NCBI GenBank assembly: GCA_028023455.1
Contig: JAQFVV010000003.1
Location: 1,054,001 to 1,118,000, forward strand
Length of the DNA: 64,000 nt
DNA from: Epiperipatus broadwayi
Lineage: Eukaryota; Animalia; Onychophora
Reading direction: 5' to 3'
Part shown: piece by piece, positions 1 through 14,424 of the stretch
Position numbering within the stretch: the first letter of the stretch is position 1
How the letters are laid out: each line of letters begins with the position of its first letter
Notes under the pieces: model-generated
Seen by the model: only the letters and a program-made list of their open reading frames with translations
Told to the model about the DNA's origin: nothing
Database searches by the model: none
Position numbers and translations under genes: made by a program

Positions 1-135
1 TATTGGTGATTATTTATCTTTTCTACATGTGTGTGGTCATGTGTATCAGTGGTATGAGATAGTATGGATGTTTGAAGGGTGTTTGAAGTCTGTGTTCAAA
101 TCCTTCTATATTTACAATTAATCCCCAGGTATATG
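1..135 (+). mobile_element. Family B repeat, 3' part (copy truncated by window start)
   Basis: Near-direct repeat of 960-1092; starts at the TA/TTGG junction of the family B hammerhead. Confidence 0.8.
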
Positions 136-738
136 AAGAGTTCCTGTATTTCAAATATATAACTTCAAATTATTTTAAAGCTTCAGGACATTTGCTTTTT
201 GCTCACTCCAATCCGTTCTTTTCAAAACATAAGCATAAATCACATATTGTTAATTTAAATCTACAACTTCTTTTACTAAGGAATAAATTATAAATATATA
301 ATAAAAATGTAATCCTAACACCATGACATGTTTCAATTGAATTAGGCATTTAAGATGGCCCAGATATTAATTACAGCTCATATATTCTTGGTTCTTAATC
401 TTTTTACATATGAATAAACATAATTAAGTTGCGGTTTAAAATGTATGCTTATTTTTTTTATATATCTAGCCTTTAGATTAATAGAATTTGCAACAAAATT
501 AAATTATTTGTTATCATAGTTACATAAAAATATTTTTAAAACTGTTAAAAATATAAAAAATTAAATTTTTAATATGCTGACAAATAATAAAAACAACCCC
601 TGAGTCATTTAGACTTTTAAAAAAAAACATTAATAATTATAAAAATAAGATATATTTTATATTTATTAATAAAAATGTTAAAATAAAAATATATTAGAAA
701 TGAAAATACAGTATAAGCTTTCAAAATTTAGCAAACAA

Positions 739-1093
739 CATGGCCATGGCAATAATATTGGCATCAGCATGGGATTTGGACTTTCCATCATCAGGTTTTC
801 CATGGTATGGATGGCTGAAGAGTTGGAGGTTGGAGTAGATTGAAGCCTGTCCATTAAAGTATGAAGATTTGCTATCTTAATATAAAGCAGCTCTGATTAT
901 ATGTGTGGGAGATGATAATCTGGACCAACTGATAAATACTGGTTCAGCACAAAATATGTGTATTGATGATTATTTATCTTTTCTACATGTGTGTGGTCAT
1001 GTGTATCAGTGGTATGAGATAGTATGGATAGTTTAGGAATGCTTGAGAGTCTGGGTTCAAATCCCCTATATTTACAATTAAGCTCCATGTATA
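739..1093 (+). mobile_element. Family B short retroposed element with decayed hammerhead and TSD
   Basis: Homologous to both arms of 46430-47135. Flanked by direct repeat atttagcaaacaa (726-738 and 1100-1112). HHR-like core at about 925-965. Confidence 0.8.
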
Positions 1094-1724
1094 TCAAATA
1101 TTTAGCAAACAAAACAAAAAATTCATATCAAATTGTGCAATGAATAACTGAAATTAGAGCTGTTCTTATCCCTGATCATATCTTCTATCTAGAAACAAAG
1201 AGTAAATTATATAGTCATTATCATTAAAAATAAACTCTTAAATGAGAAAAAACATTGAATGAGTGACAGCATTATAAATAAAATATGGCAGGCAGCACCA
1301 CTTCAATCTTGGACTGAAAAGGATTTGGAAAAAAAGTATATTTGAGTTGTAAATAAAAGTATATTTGAGTGGTAAATAATGTTTGGATTGCCCCAAGTGA
1401 TTGATTCAATTAAAATGCATCATTGGAGCAGAGTCATATTGGTACATTATTTTTGGAAATGGTTGCTTTTAATTAAATGAAGTAGATTCAATGTAATAAG
1501 AAAAAAAAAAAAAAGGACTCCAGTATTTTTGTTAAATAATCCTACCATTGTGGCACCACCATTAGTTGACAGTTATGAATAAACAGTATTATTAAACCCT
1601 AATATTTACTTTATAAATCAATTAATTTTAAATTTTCATATTTTAAAATTACACTTCTTAATGTAATGAATAATATTTAAAATAATAATTTTATTATATA
1701 TTGCATATATAAATTTTATTAAAG

Positions 1725-1925
1725 GGTCTTGTGGTAAAATAATAATGCAAACCAATCATCGTGTTTATGATGGAGTTGAATCCAGATCAAGCAAACTTGA
1801 CAGTTTTTTTCAACAGGTTTTAGAATTTTTCTTTCATGTGGCGAATTCATTAGTAAATTGACATTTAGTTATTTTTGATGAGAGGATTAAACAAGGATGG
1901 AAAACTATCAAAACCTTACTATACT
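1725..1925 (+). mobile_element. Decayed tRNA-derived SINE-like repeat (family S1)
   Basis: Degenerate A/B-box-like head. Tail ...ggatggaaaact...aaaacct is shared with 2110-2330 and 28233-28450. Confidence 0.5.
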
Positions 1926-2109
1926 GCAACACCTGAGGAGTACTACCTTCTTCACATTTTCTGTGAGAAGTTGTTGGATAGATCTTTGCCTTTTAGTGAG
2001 CTCTTTTGAAGGATGGATTTATCTATAAATAAATGCATATAAATCCCAGTATTTATTATGAATATATATATATATATGGTATGAATATAATCTTTATATT
2101 TATATAAAG

Positions 2110-2330
2110 GCCTTGCATGATGGGCAGCATATTCATCTAACAATCCCTTGAGTTGGGTTTTGAATCTAAATGAAACTTGAAACAGTTTTCAAGAAGTTTA
2201 GAATTTCCAAAAACTTGCACCCCCTCCCCCGCCGCTATTTCATTATTGGTCAATAAATGAATATCCATTTACTTTCAGATAGAGAGAAAAATGAGGATGG
2301 AAAACTCTAAAACCTATTGATTACATGATT
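2110..2330 (+). mobile_element. Decayed SINE-like repeat (family S1)
   Basis: Similar to 1725-1925 and 28233-28450 (aaacttga..cagtttt...gaggatggaaaactctaaaacct). Confidence 0.5.
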
Positions 2331-4089
2331 AATTTGGAAATATCTTTCAATTTTATAACAAAATGCTGGAAATATTTTTGTCTTGCAAAGAACCATTTTC
2401 ATTGTTTTGTCTACTTCATTTAATAAAGATTTTCAAATAATCAGATGTGATTATAACTGCGCTTTATGCTTATGGAAAAAATGGGAACCATAGGAGTCAA
2501 AATATTTTTTCATACTGAATTTATTACGAAATTATATCCTCTGCTCATCTAATTTGTTTTATATTTTTAAATTTAATATAAATAAACATGCATTATAAAA
2601 AAAAAAGGTAATAAAATAGTTATAAAGACTCCAGACGGAATAAATGTCATTTCTTTTTCATTTCACCATTTTTCTAAATTATCGTTCCAATCTGTCTTAT
2701 AGTTGATTTTAACAGAGTTAAAACTGTTTTCTAATAACCTAATTACATTAATTAGTTATAAATAATTTGAGTAATAAAGTATAATACTTGTTTATGGCGT
2801 CATATACTACGAGTTTTTTTTTAAAAAAATAAAAGAGAGAGTATGTTATACCTAGATCTCCCCCTTCCCAGTTCTGGGGTATGAATCACTTACATGAATT
2901 TAATTATCAGAGAAGTTATAAGTAATAGATATATAAGGAAATTTACACATTACACACATCATTATAATCATATTTACTTAAGTTTAAATAAAAAATAACT
3001 GTGTAAAAAATAAAAAAAAAATACATATGTATATTCCACAAGCAGATGATATAGGACGATTTTTTTTATATTTTACTCGAAGGCAAAGATAGCAAATCTA
3101 TTATAAATATCACATAATTTTAGTTTTTTTTTACCCTTTAGTTTACTTTTTGAGAGATCAAACAACATAAATGTGCATTTTTTATTAACTAAATTTAAAA
3201 TTCAGACATTAAAAAGTATACATTTCAAAATAATATGTATATTTAGGAAAGTGAAACATGTCTAAATAGTCGATTTTAAGGTAAAGAAAGATTCTTTAAT
3301 ATCTCTTACAGTAATGGAGAAGAACTTTCTTATTGACTTGAAAAAATGCCAAGTTTGCTTTGAAATCTTTTGCACCATGAAAAAAATTTCTGTTTCTCCG
3401 ATTATGAGCATACTAAGTGAAGTTAATTACTGTAGCTTGTGATTTTTGTATATATATGTACATATAATGTTTTTTATTTATTTACCAGCTATAGTTTTTA
3501 TCATTATGAATTAATATAATATAGTCATATTTATTGACTTTGTTATATTTTGCCTTTCTATGGTCTTATCCAGCTATATTGTACAAATTCAACTTTCATA
3601 TTATGGCATACCATGGATGTTAATCTTTAAATTAAGTATACTAACATATAATGTTACAAAGACAATGATATTATTATCAATATCTTAAAGCTGTGCTCTA
3701 TGTGTAGGGAATAAGTTCAAATATTGATCAAGTTTACATTTACAAATTTATCAATACTTTATCACTTGAAAATTGAATTACATTATTATGTGTTTATACT
3801 GCATGCACTATATGTTTTTTCTCTATATATTGTAATGGTAACATTATGTAAGCTATATTATTTAGAGTTAAAAAAAGTTAGAAATTAAAAGAAATTGAAG
3901 AAACAGACATAAAAAGCATATTAAAAAAAAGTTGAGTGTGCACATAAGTTTTAGTATACTATTGAAGTGATAATAACACATTCTAGCAACCACTTAACAC
4001 ATCAATTTGAGATGCAAATATAATAATCATTTGCATTAATATATTAACAATGTATTTTTAAAATTGAAGACCAAAATTGTTTAACCTAT

Positions 4090-4460
4090 GATATTTCCAA
4101 TCATTCACTTTGAATGTAAAAGTTGGACAAAGAAAAAAAGCAAAAGGAAAAGTATTGATGTTTTCGAACTGAATTGTTAGTTAAATTCATTGGCCAGCAA
4201 AAATTAATAATAACCAACAAATTAATAATTAGACCAGAATTTGGAAGTACAAATGATGAAGGTCAAATTGTTCTACTTTAGTTCTATGATATGGTATAAT
4301 GCAATAGAAATAATGAATATTGTTTTCCTGAAGATTTGTGATAATGGTGTTTGAGTATTGAATGTCTTTAGATGATGGAAATAGTCCAAACAATAAATAC
4401 AAATAATGAATATGTTTTTGAGAAACTTGATAAACCAAAGAGATGATAGTTTAATCTGGA
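4090..4460 (+). mobile_element. Decayed RTE-clade LINE 3' fragment
   Basis: Stop-interrupted translation FECKSWTKKKSKRKSIDVFEL...LEVQMMKVKLFYF resembles the RTE C-terminal YGxESWT...IDAFE...KLxYFGH segment. Confidence 0.6.
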
Positions 4461-5003
4461 AAAATATTATTCACATGACTTCCAGAAATTAATATCATCC
4501 TAATGGCATCTATTATTATTAATAGTATTATTATTGTTGTTCTTATTATTTTTTTAAATTTAATTTATTCATAAAACAAGTTTAATAATACAATCATATA
4601 AGCTCTATGCAAGAAAAATTTGAGCTATAATAATAAAATAAATTAAAAACTCATATAAAACCAACTAATTGTTAATAGGTACATTTTTACATCATTATTA
4701 CATAAGTGCATTTAATAATTTGGGATCATTATAATTAAGCTGCTTCTGACTAAAGGTCTTGATAAAATTTGGTTTAGTCTGTTGAAATTTATCAGATATT
4801 TATGTATTTATAATAGAAAATTTAAGACCATATCAGTGTAGGAGGGATGGATTGTGACTCTGGTTGTTAGCTTTGAATAATAATTGAAAATGTGAAATAT
4901 AATATAAAATGAAAATTATGATATCTAAAAATTGTATGATTGTATAGATTACTGAATTAATTAGTTTATGAAGTCTGTGATTTATTTAACTAGGTATTAG
5001 GAC

Positions 5004-5286
5004 AAACTCTTCATGCATATTGCCACTCAATGTAAGCCAGAGTAATCAATGTATGTCAGAAGGCTTGTGCATAAAACCCCCATCTAGTGCTTACTCATCC
5101 AATATCACCAGTCTACTTTATGGCTTGTGGCCTTCGTCAGTGATGAGCCTTGGATCTGAGAGCACTGCACCCAAAGCCTTCTGCCATCCAGTGATTACTC
5201 TGGCTTGCATTGAATGGCAATACATATGGAGAGTTTTACCTGTTTTGATAATAGTTATAAGCAAGCATAAGAAATGGTGATTATGT
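5004..5286. mobile_element. Family A element, head-to-head inverted pair
   Basis: Left arm (- strand, decayed HHR CTGACGA...) and truncated right arm ending aagaaatggtgattatgt. Direct repeat taggtattag at 4991-5000 and 5295-5304. Confidence 0.85.
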
Positions 5287-6544
5287 AACGTTTATAGGTA
5301 TTAGTTGCCTTAGTAGATAAATTTAGTGAAGGTGATCAAAATATAATAGGTTAACTTAAAATTTAGGGTGATCGAATAAAAGGTGAAAATCACACTGGAT
5401 TTAAAATGAAGAGCAATATCAATAATTAAATGTAAGATGCTTTATCATATTTATGCCTTATTATATATTTACAGCTTATTTTCATTGATAACCAGATTAT
5501 ATATATATATATTTAAATGTACATTTAAAAAGAGGACACTGTAAAATGAATTCTTTTAATATTCTGAAGTAAATATTTTATTTATATTTTTTTTTTAATA
5601 GTTAATTTAGGTAAAGACCAGTCAATAGCTTTGAAATTCAAGCTTCTTATTTTAAACCAATGTAAATTGAAGAAAAAAAATAGTAATTTGAACTTAAATT
5701 ATTTAATGTCCAATTTTTGAAAGTTAAATTTGTAATTAAGAAACAAGAAATTAACTGATCTGTAAACAAGATAAGATGTTGTGTAAATAATAAACATTTT
5801 TTAGAAAAATATATAGTGTTAATGTTGATTTCAGGTTGTTATGTTGGAAGATTGTGGATATATAAAGAACTCAGAACAATGTTGGAGTCAAAGTTTTTAG
5901 ATGATTTGAATATACTATTTCAGGGGAATAGCAGAAATAACCACTATAATAAGGGAAGTGAATATCAAGTTTGATGATGAAACAAAGCAAAAGCTAGCAT
6001 TGGAAACTATAAGTTAGCATTATCATTTTTAATTGCCAATGTTGTTAAAGTTATTTACAATGATTCATTTTATGAAGGCATGTGCTGAGTGTAAATTTTA
6101 GTTGAGTCATCTATTTACTACCCAGAAATGTAATCATTGATAGAATACTGGAATGGAGCTAAGGAAGGCATACAGCTTACTGCTGCCTATCCTAAACAAA
6201 TTGAGCCCATGAGTTGATAGGCCATTCTAAGCAGAAAAACTTTAGATAAGAATTCAGAAAATTATTGGCATAGAATTAGTCCCCCGAAGAAAACCATTTC
6301 TTGTAGGGAGCACAATTAAAACTTGAAACAAAATGAAGAATGTTTTGCAGACTGCCAAAAAGATATTTTCTCACAATTGTACCATGTTGATATTGAACAG
6401 TTATAAAGAGTAAGAATTTATGTTTAAATTATGTGAATGTAATTTAATTCATTTGCTGAAATCTTCAATAGTTATAATTGATTAAAATATTTTCAATATG
6501 ATAGCATTAATTTTGGTAAGAGGAAAAATAATCAGTAATCTCAC

Positions 6545-6755
6545 ATAGGCAAATCTCTCCATACAATAGTACCACTCAGAGCAAGCCAGAGTAATCAATG
6601 GATGCAGGAAGGTTTTTGCATAAAACCCCTAACTAGTGCCTATTCATCCAATATCTCCGGAATAGTTTCTAGCTTGTGGCTTTCATCAGTGAGGAGCCTT
6701 GGATCTGAGAGCACTGCACCTAGATCTTTGGAAGCATAAAGAATGGTGATCTTGT
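6545..6755. mobile_element. Family A element (long - arm, short + arm)
   Basis: - strand HHR core cctca-CTGATGA-aagccacaagcta-GAAA at about 6655-6695 with degraded stems I and III. Direct repeat taatcagt at 6529-6536 and 6755-6762. Confidence 0.85.
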
Positions 6756-9700
6756 AATCAGTGAACTCTTCATTACTGTGTTCTTTTTTCTTTTTTAAGA
6801 TTTTATTATTTTCTTTGATTTATTTATTTGGTAATTTTTTATATTTTTTTAGTATAAAACATTTGGTTTTTATAGTATTAGATGTATTTTATAAGTGATT
6901 TAAAAATGAATGTGCATTATGTATCTTTGAAGATATTTTCTTTTACATAAGAAGATGAAGAGTAGTTAAATAAGATAATAAACCCAGCCAGAGATAAGCA
7001 TAGATGTACACGCTATTTGTATATGACATATTTTATCGTTTAAATTTTCATATTAATTTTTTTAGTTCATTGTTATTAAAATCTTATTTTAAAATTTAAT
7101 AATAGTATTTGTATTCTTTTTTCATTATATTTTCAAGCTAGTTGCATGAAATATATTCATATGTGTTTGGTCATGATTGCTGTTAAAAATAATTGAAGAT
7201 AATAAGAATTTGAGGAATAATAAGGATAGGCAAGTCTGCCCTTCTATGAAATATAGCGCTAGGAGGTTAAGAAGCATTCACACTCTCAAAATAAATAAAG
7301 CTAATTGATACTAGTAGATATTATCTTTACAATCAGTCCATATAAATGAATAAAAATGATCATTGTTAGGGAAATATAATCACTTCATCAGCATTATTTT
7401 ATTGAAATATTTTTGAGTAATCAAATTATACAAATCAAAGATGGTTTATAAATTGTTCAAATATTGTCAATATTATGATGGATGAATGAAGACTGATCAT
7501 GCTGAGGATTAGATAATTGATATGTTTTTAGCATGCTCAAACTATTTCAATTCAAAATATTTTGACTTAAAGAAAATTCCATAAACATTGGTGTTGTTCT
7601 TACCAAACCAAGTACAGAAAGAACTGCACAACACATGCTCATAGTACTCCAATTACTTATGTATTCTAAAATTAGCAGCTATTTAAAGGCTTAAAGACTA
7701 ATCCATAGTATTCCACTATTTCTTTAATAAGTTTATAAACAATTATTAAATATAAACTAAAAGAAAAAAAAACCCAGTATAAATTATTTTAGATTAATTG
7801 CTTAGAAGTCATGATGTGACAAGCATAACAATTTTATTTAATTGATCAAACAAATTTTTTGAACATTTTTTTGGGTTTTATTTAGCTGAGAATTAACTCA
7901 GGAAACTATTAGCTATAGAGTTTAACTCTATACTAAATCATACAGGCTATATAATTAAGCAAATCCAGTACAAGACATGGATGAATTGATTGCCTGATCT
8001 AGTTACTTCCCAAGTTGATTCCCATGTACAATTATATCATTCAGAGACTTTTACATCAAATATTTTGAATTGCTACCTTATGTCTTCTCAATCATTAAAC
8101 TATCTTGACATGCATACTACTGTAAAATAGTGATACCAATTATATAATTTTTTGGTCAGATTAGAGCTACATCCAACTGTTTTCATGTGCTGAGTGAGTT
8201 TTAATAACATTATTTGGTTTTATATCTTATATCTACAAATTATTTAATCTGAAAGTTATTAATACTATATGCAGTTATTTGATTACTGTTTGAGAACTAA
8301 TATCTTCCCCAAATGTCTGCAAATCCCAAGGTCTTTATAATTATGATTTGATAATGTTCTTTAATTAAATAAAGGATTTCTAAAATACTTGCTCTGCTTT
8401 TATCATACAAGTGTAAGTAAATGTGTTGTTGCTGCTTATGTGTTCTATTATATTTTGATTGAATTATGTATCCACATAATCCTGCAACTGCTTAGTGAGG
8501 ATCTGTTTTTATGGGGTATGTCCAAGTTGACTGACAACATAAATATATATCAATGGTGATAAGTTTATATACATATATTTATTATTGATTCCATCTTGGT
8601 TGTTTAACTTTAAATATTTTTAACTGAACAACTTCAATATATATTCTAATATTTTACATATGTGGGTTTACATTTATTAATTGTTATAAAGAATTTACAG
8701 CATGATGACCTTAGAATAACTAGGCTGTTATAAATTTTATCTCAAATAATATATTTAATGAAAAAAATGAAACTGATGAAAGTTTTGTAACAAAATAAAA
8801 ATATTGCTAATTGTAGCAGAGAAAGTGAGAATTGATAAAAGTTTGTTTGGGTTAAAAATCTGTATGATTAATTAATTTACATATAATATAAATGTAGTAA
8901 AGAATCAATTACAATCAGTTCCTGATAATATATATCTATGGAAAATTATGCAGACATAAAAAATTACAGACTCACTTTATTCACACTAAAACAATTTTAG
9001 CCTCCATCTTTGACAGTTTCCTTCTAAAGTAATCATACTCACATGACTCAGGTGGCAACCATAACATAGTATACTTTAAAACCCTTACTATTTACTTTGA
9101 GAATGAGAAAAAATTAAATATTTCTCTTGTATATATTACTCCCTTTTAGTATATAGCTTATAATATATATTGTAACAATAAAGTCTATATGATATATGTT
9201 TATTTATAACAATGTCCAGGTTATTATTTCTATGAAGTTATTAACTATATAAGAATCATTTTTATTAATATTTGTCTAAGGAATCAAAAGAATTATCATT
9301 TACACTTCAATCCAGTCTTAGCAAAAATATATGAGGAAGGATGAACAAAATAATGAAAACTATAGAATAAGAATGAAAGAACAAATTTAATCAATGAAAT
9401 ATTAATATAAGTATAAAAATTCAATATTTACATGATAAAAATGATATTATATTTTAAAATTAATAGGTGCAATCTTTAGAACATCGTAAATGGATGCATA
9501 GCTTTCAAATATTATTATGAATAATTTAACTAAAATATATGTAAAGTTTAATTATTTCTCAGTGGCATTATGATATTTGGAATCATATTCTAACTATATA
9601 CAGGGAGTAAAAGAAACATATAACAAATTGCATATATAATAAGTTATTACAGATAAGCTAATGGTGTTGGAATAAAGACATTTGAAAATTATAAATATTT

Positions 9701-11149
9701 ACCTAGGAATCATTTAATAAACCAAATATCTAGTTTCAAATAGAAAATGATTTAACACTATAAAAGTTTTTTTTCTCTCAACAGTCTTGACTATGTCCTT
9801 GTCAAAATTATTATAAGAATTATAAATGGCAACTTCATTAAATAAAAAATGAAACTTTTATGGTGATAGATTTTATGAATGTGTTTGGAGTAATATTTTG
9901 TTTATTCAATTTGTAGGATTTCCCAGCAGAAATATTAATGATCTCCAATAAAACATTGATGTAGAATGGAAAGTTCCCTGGTTAATTTTCATTATGTAAT
10001 TATATCTTAAAGACTGGTAGATTTTTATAAATGTTTTTCAGAAACAAGCTATCAATTGATTCAAAAGTGGTTTTTTTTATTATCTATCCAATCATCCTGT
10101 AAGATTTTCAATCAAAAGTTATTCTGTGCTGTCATTCTGGAGCTGATTTTCATTTTTCTACTATTACTAACTATAATTGTAATTCTAATTTCTGCTAACT
10201 TCTCTACAATTAACTAACAACCGTCTATCTTAGCTTTTATGGGGTTTTACCTATTATTCTTTCTTGTGTAAAGAAATATTTTTAGAATTATTTTCATAAG
10301 AACATATATATATATATTCTTAGAAAGAGATACTTCTGTTTACTGTAAACTATTTAATCTTTTAATTAATTTTTTATAAAAATAAGTAACATTTTTTAAA
10401 ACAGCATTCTAATATTTATATAAAGAGAAAATACATTTTTTTAATTAAATTAAAAGTGAAAAGGAAATCAATCATTCTTTTAAACATATAAATTAAATAT
10501 AGGAATTATTTAATATTGAAATATAATATTTAAGAAAAATTTACCGATAGCAACTCATATAATATATGTGTACTATCAATATGGCATGAATCTTAATTGT
10601 CTCAATATATATAAAACTTTATCCTGAATAGCAAAGTCATTGTATCTCAAAATGTCTCAAAATCTCATATAAAAACAAATAACTATAAGACTTTTCTATG
10701 GCAAAATATTTCATCCATTACCCTAGAATCAAAATATATAATAAATGTTAAAAATCTGATAGTAAAACCGTTTAAAATTAAAAAAAGTGATAAATAATAA
10801 ATACACATTTTATCTAAGCATATTATTTATTGAAAAATACTAGCCTATGTGTAAATATAATGTAAAATAAGTATATTTAAGTTGCTGTGTTTAAAAAAAA
10901 ATTTATGTCACCATTTTGTCAGATAAAATGGGTATTTTGTTAAATCTTGATTCATTAAATTAAAATGAAGCATTTTTTAAAAAAAATAAGTAACTGTAAT
11001 ATTCATTTCTAAATTGATTTTTGTTGCAGTTTATGTTGTATGGTCAATGTTTTTTATTTTTGTAATTACAAACACTTAAAAAACTTTTAAAAATCATGTC
11101 TGTCATCTATTTATTGATTTTATAAAAATGCAGTATTAATTAAATAAAA

Positions 11150-12500
11150 ATTAGGTCAAGAATTGTATAATTGATTGTTAAAATTTTAATAATAATAATG
11201 GATTAAATCTCTCTTCCTTTTTTTGCAAAATTGTTTACACTTATGATGAGATACTTTTATGTTGGGAAAATTTAAATTTTATTTATTAGTTAAATACAAT
11301 TTTTTTAGGGTTAATACAGACATTTTTCAATTTATGTTTAGAACATTTTAATTTTCTACATAGCTAAAAGTTTATTTTTAATTACATGCTAATAAAATTT
11401 CTATCTTATTTTTTTTGTGTGGATATTGTTTACATTGGTAATGAAAACCACCCTTACCTTTCAGTTTGTCAGAAATCCTATTACCAACCACAGTCTGAGG
11501 ATACTGAATAAAAATTATGTAAATTATATTTATTATAATTGCAATTTTCAGTAATATCATCTTAAGTGCATTATTTTTTTTTTTTAAATTAATAACGTGT
11601 ACAATACTTTGGGGGAGGGGGATTAAACTCATCATTTTATTTTGTAAAAATGGCATTACTTTAATAACACCAATAGTGTTAGAAATTGGCAGATATGTTA
11701 AAAACAAAATTTTCAGTTTTTTTTTTAAAGATCTATAGTAAATAGATGGTTATTAGTTGAAGAAGTGGTTACAAATTGACTATGATTATTCTGAAAAAAA
11801 AAAAGAAGCTTTTTATATATGAAAGATTAAGTGTACATATATATCTAAGTGTGTGATTTATTTCATCTTTCACACTCAAAATAAATAATATGATTTATTT
11901 ACCTATTTGTTTATCTAACAATCTAATTGACTTATTGACATTTTATCCATCCTTCTGCTATCTAACCATTCATTCACTTCTGGTGGGGAGATTTTAACTA
12001 TAATATATTTATCACGCAAACAAAGCTAAACCATATAGTTTTAAATCAGTTTTCAATTAACTTGAAATTAAGTATTTAGTTTGATAGGAGAATAGAGAAT
12101 TTCAGCAAGAAAGATTAGCAGTTATTGAACTTCAAATTTTTGTGCTGTTGAACCCTCTTGTCAATACCGCCTGCTACCAGTATTATTTGAATTTTAAAGA
12201 TGCTTGACTAGAAGAACTTTTTGGATCAGTTGGAAATATTACTTTCTTTATTTTTCACTAGATACCATCAGACGAATTATTAATCTCATTATTTAAACTT
12301 GTAATCTCATCAATCTTCTAGATTTTGGAAATGATATCTTCACCAAAGTTTAGGATTAATCGACAGAGGAAAATTCCCATCAATTATTTATTTTAAATTC
12401 TGAAATGCCACAAGCAAATATTTCATTTAGGAAAATTTAAACAAAAAGTAAAAAATTAATATTCAATATGCAAACCTGTACCAATATTAATATTTTTGTA
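11150..12500 (-). mobile_element. Highly decayed DIRS-like (tyrosine-recombinase retrotransposon) RT/gag remnant
   Basis: ORF 11378-11707: GVIKV...MSLIPLPQ...HVINLKKKN...LKMILLKIAI parallels DIRS RT GVI...FISxIFLxPK...RxILNLKxLN...FKMETLxxAI. Downstream VCINPKK resembles GFxINxEKS. Upstream FGEDIISKI resembles gag LFGDDL. By-eye match only. Confidence 0.45.
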
Positions 12501-14331
12501 CCATTAATTCTTACAAATAATTTCTTCATACTAACAAACTTATCATTGCTTAAATCCCTGCATAAGATATAAATTTATTTTAGTTATGATTTAATATTTC
12601 TTATGTAAATTATTTTATTAATATTTATGCTATTCTTTTGATTGCTATTTGAATTAGAATATCTTTTTCCATTTGTGGCTCATTTGAAATTACTTCATTC
12701 TAGAATCAATTATGTCATAATTTTTATGGCAATCTAATCCTCTAAAATAATAAAACTGATTGACTTAAAAGACTTCACCTATATTGTATACAATAAATAT
12801 ATTAAACATAATTTATTTTTTTAAAAAAATATTAAAATAAGTACATTGCATCATATTAAATGATAAATAATTTATTACTATTAGTACAAAAATAATTGAT
12901 ATAGAATTATATACAATTATTAATTAAAATTATTTATTAATTATGTACAATTTTAACTGTTATTTAAAATTATTTCAGCATTGCAGCAAAATAAACTATA
13001 TAATTTATTTTCTTATTTAATATCAAAAAGCAATAATCATTATTTTTAAAGAAATCTTTACTTATTTTTCATTGAATGTAAAATTGTTGGAAAAGGAGTA
13101 TATATTTTGATTTTTAAAATAAGGTAATTTCATTGTCTTAAAATTGTTTTTTTTTTTTTTTGTGGGTGTGCATTTCATAGCATCTCAGTATCAGAAATCT
13201 AGAAATCACACTTATGAAAAGCTCCCTATAGATAACTTGATATTTGGTGATTGCTATTTCAACCACATCTTCACTTAATGTGTCTGTAAAACCATACAAG
13301 CATAATGAGCTTTTAATAATATAGTGTAATAAAAAATAATTAAATAGTTTATTGTGTAGGAGTTCTTAAAGACTTTGAGCATAGGAAGGTACATAGAGGG
13401 AACTGACTCATGTCTTTTAAGCTCCAGAGTTTACTAATCTATCATTACATTAAACTATGTAGGATGTAATAATTCAGTTACATATATGTGAGATATTATT
13501 TGCACACTATTTATAAACTCCGTGCAGTTTAGTGTATTGGTATATTGGAAAATTCAAGTGTAAAAAGTTCCCTAAATCTATTATTAGATGAGTGAAGTAA
13601 AAAAATGGGTTTGATCAATTGAAAGGAACTATTATGGCCAACCTGTCACATATGCATAAGTATCACAGGATCATCTGATCTCTCAAAATATATTTTGCTA
13701 CAATAATTCATATTTGGAAAACAATTCACAAAGCTATCTACCACACACACTTATTAAAATTATAACCTAAATATCTTTTAATAGACTTGTTTACAAAACT
13801 AGAGTAATAAAGATATTTTGGGTCTATTGAAATTATCTTTTGTATAAGTCTAATTTAACTTTGTTATCTTGACTTATGAATGGTGTTAGTAACATTGTTA
13901 AAGCTTTGTAATAAATTGGTAAATGACCTAACAACTGTATAGTAATTACACAGATATCTTAAATTACACAAACATCTTATGCTAGAATCCTTATAATGGC
14001 CATTTCTGTTTTTATTCCCAGTTATATGGACATTATTTAGAAATATTGATAGATTTCAATAACAAATGGCTAGTTAACTTAGCTTTCATTCAAATTGGTA
14101 AATTATTATATTGCATTAACTCAATGCTTACTTTATTCATATGCTAACATAGCCAGAAATGATAATACAAGTTTGTTAATGTTACCTTATGGTGCTCATT
14201 AGCTAAAGTAAAGTTTACTTAATTAGTTCCTTAGGAAGAAAGAGTCACTACTACTCAAATATGAAGAAAAAAATGTATGAGTTTTGTATATTTGGTTGTA
14301 TATGCAATATATTAAAATGTTAAACAATCCA

Positions 14332-14412
14332 AAACAAAGCAAAACTCTCCATATAGTAGTGCCATCTTGTGCTAACAAGAGCAATCAATGAATGCCAGAA
14401 AGTGATCATGTG
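14332..14412. mobile_element. Family A element, collapsed (internally deleted) copy
   Basis: aaaactctccatatagtagtgcc...caatcaatgaatgccaga joined directly to the right-arm terminus gtgatcatgtg. Confidence 0.7.
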
Positions 14413-14424
14413 ATGTTTAGTGGT

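Noticed and set aside
5020-5280. ORFs 5020-5280, 32302-32496 and 56211-56498 as a small protein family (they resemble each other)
   Set aside because: Similarity arises because they read through the non-coding family A repeat; frames and stops are not conserved among copies.
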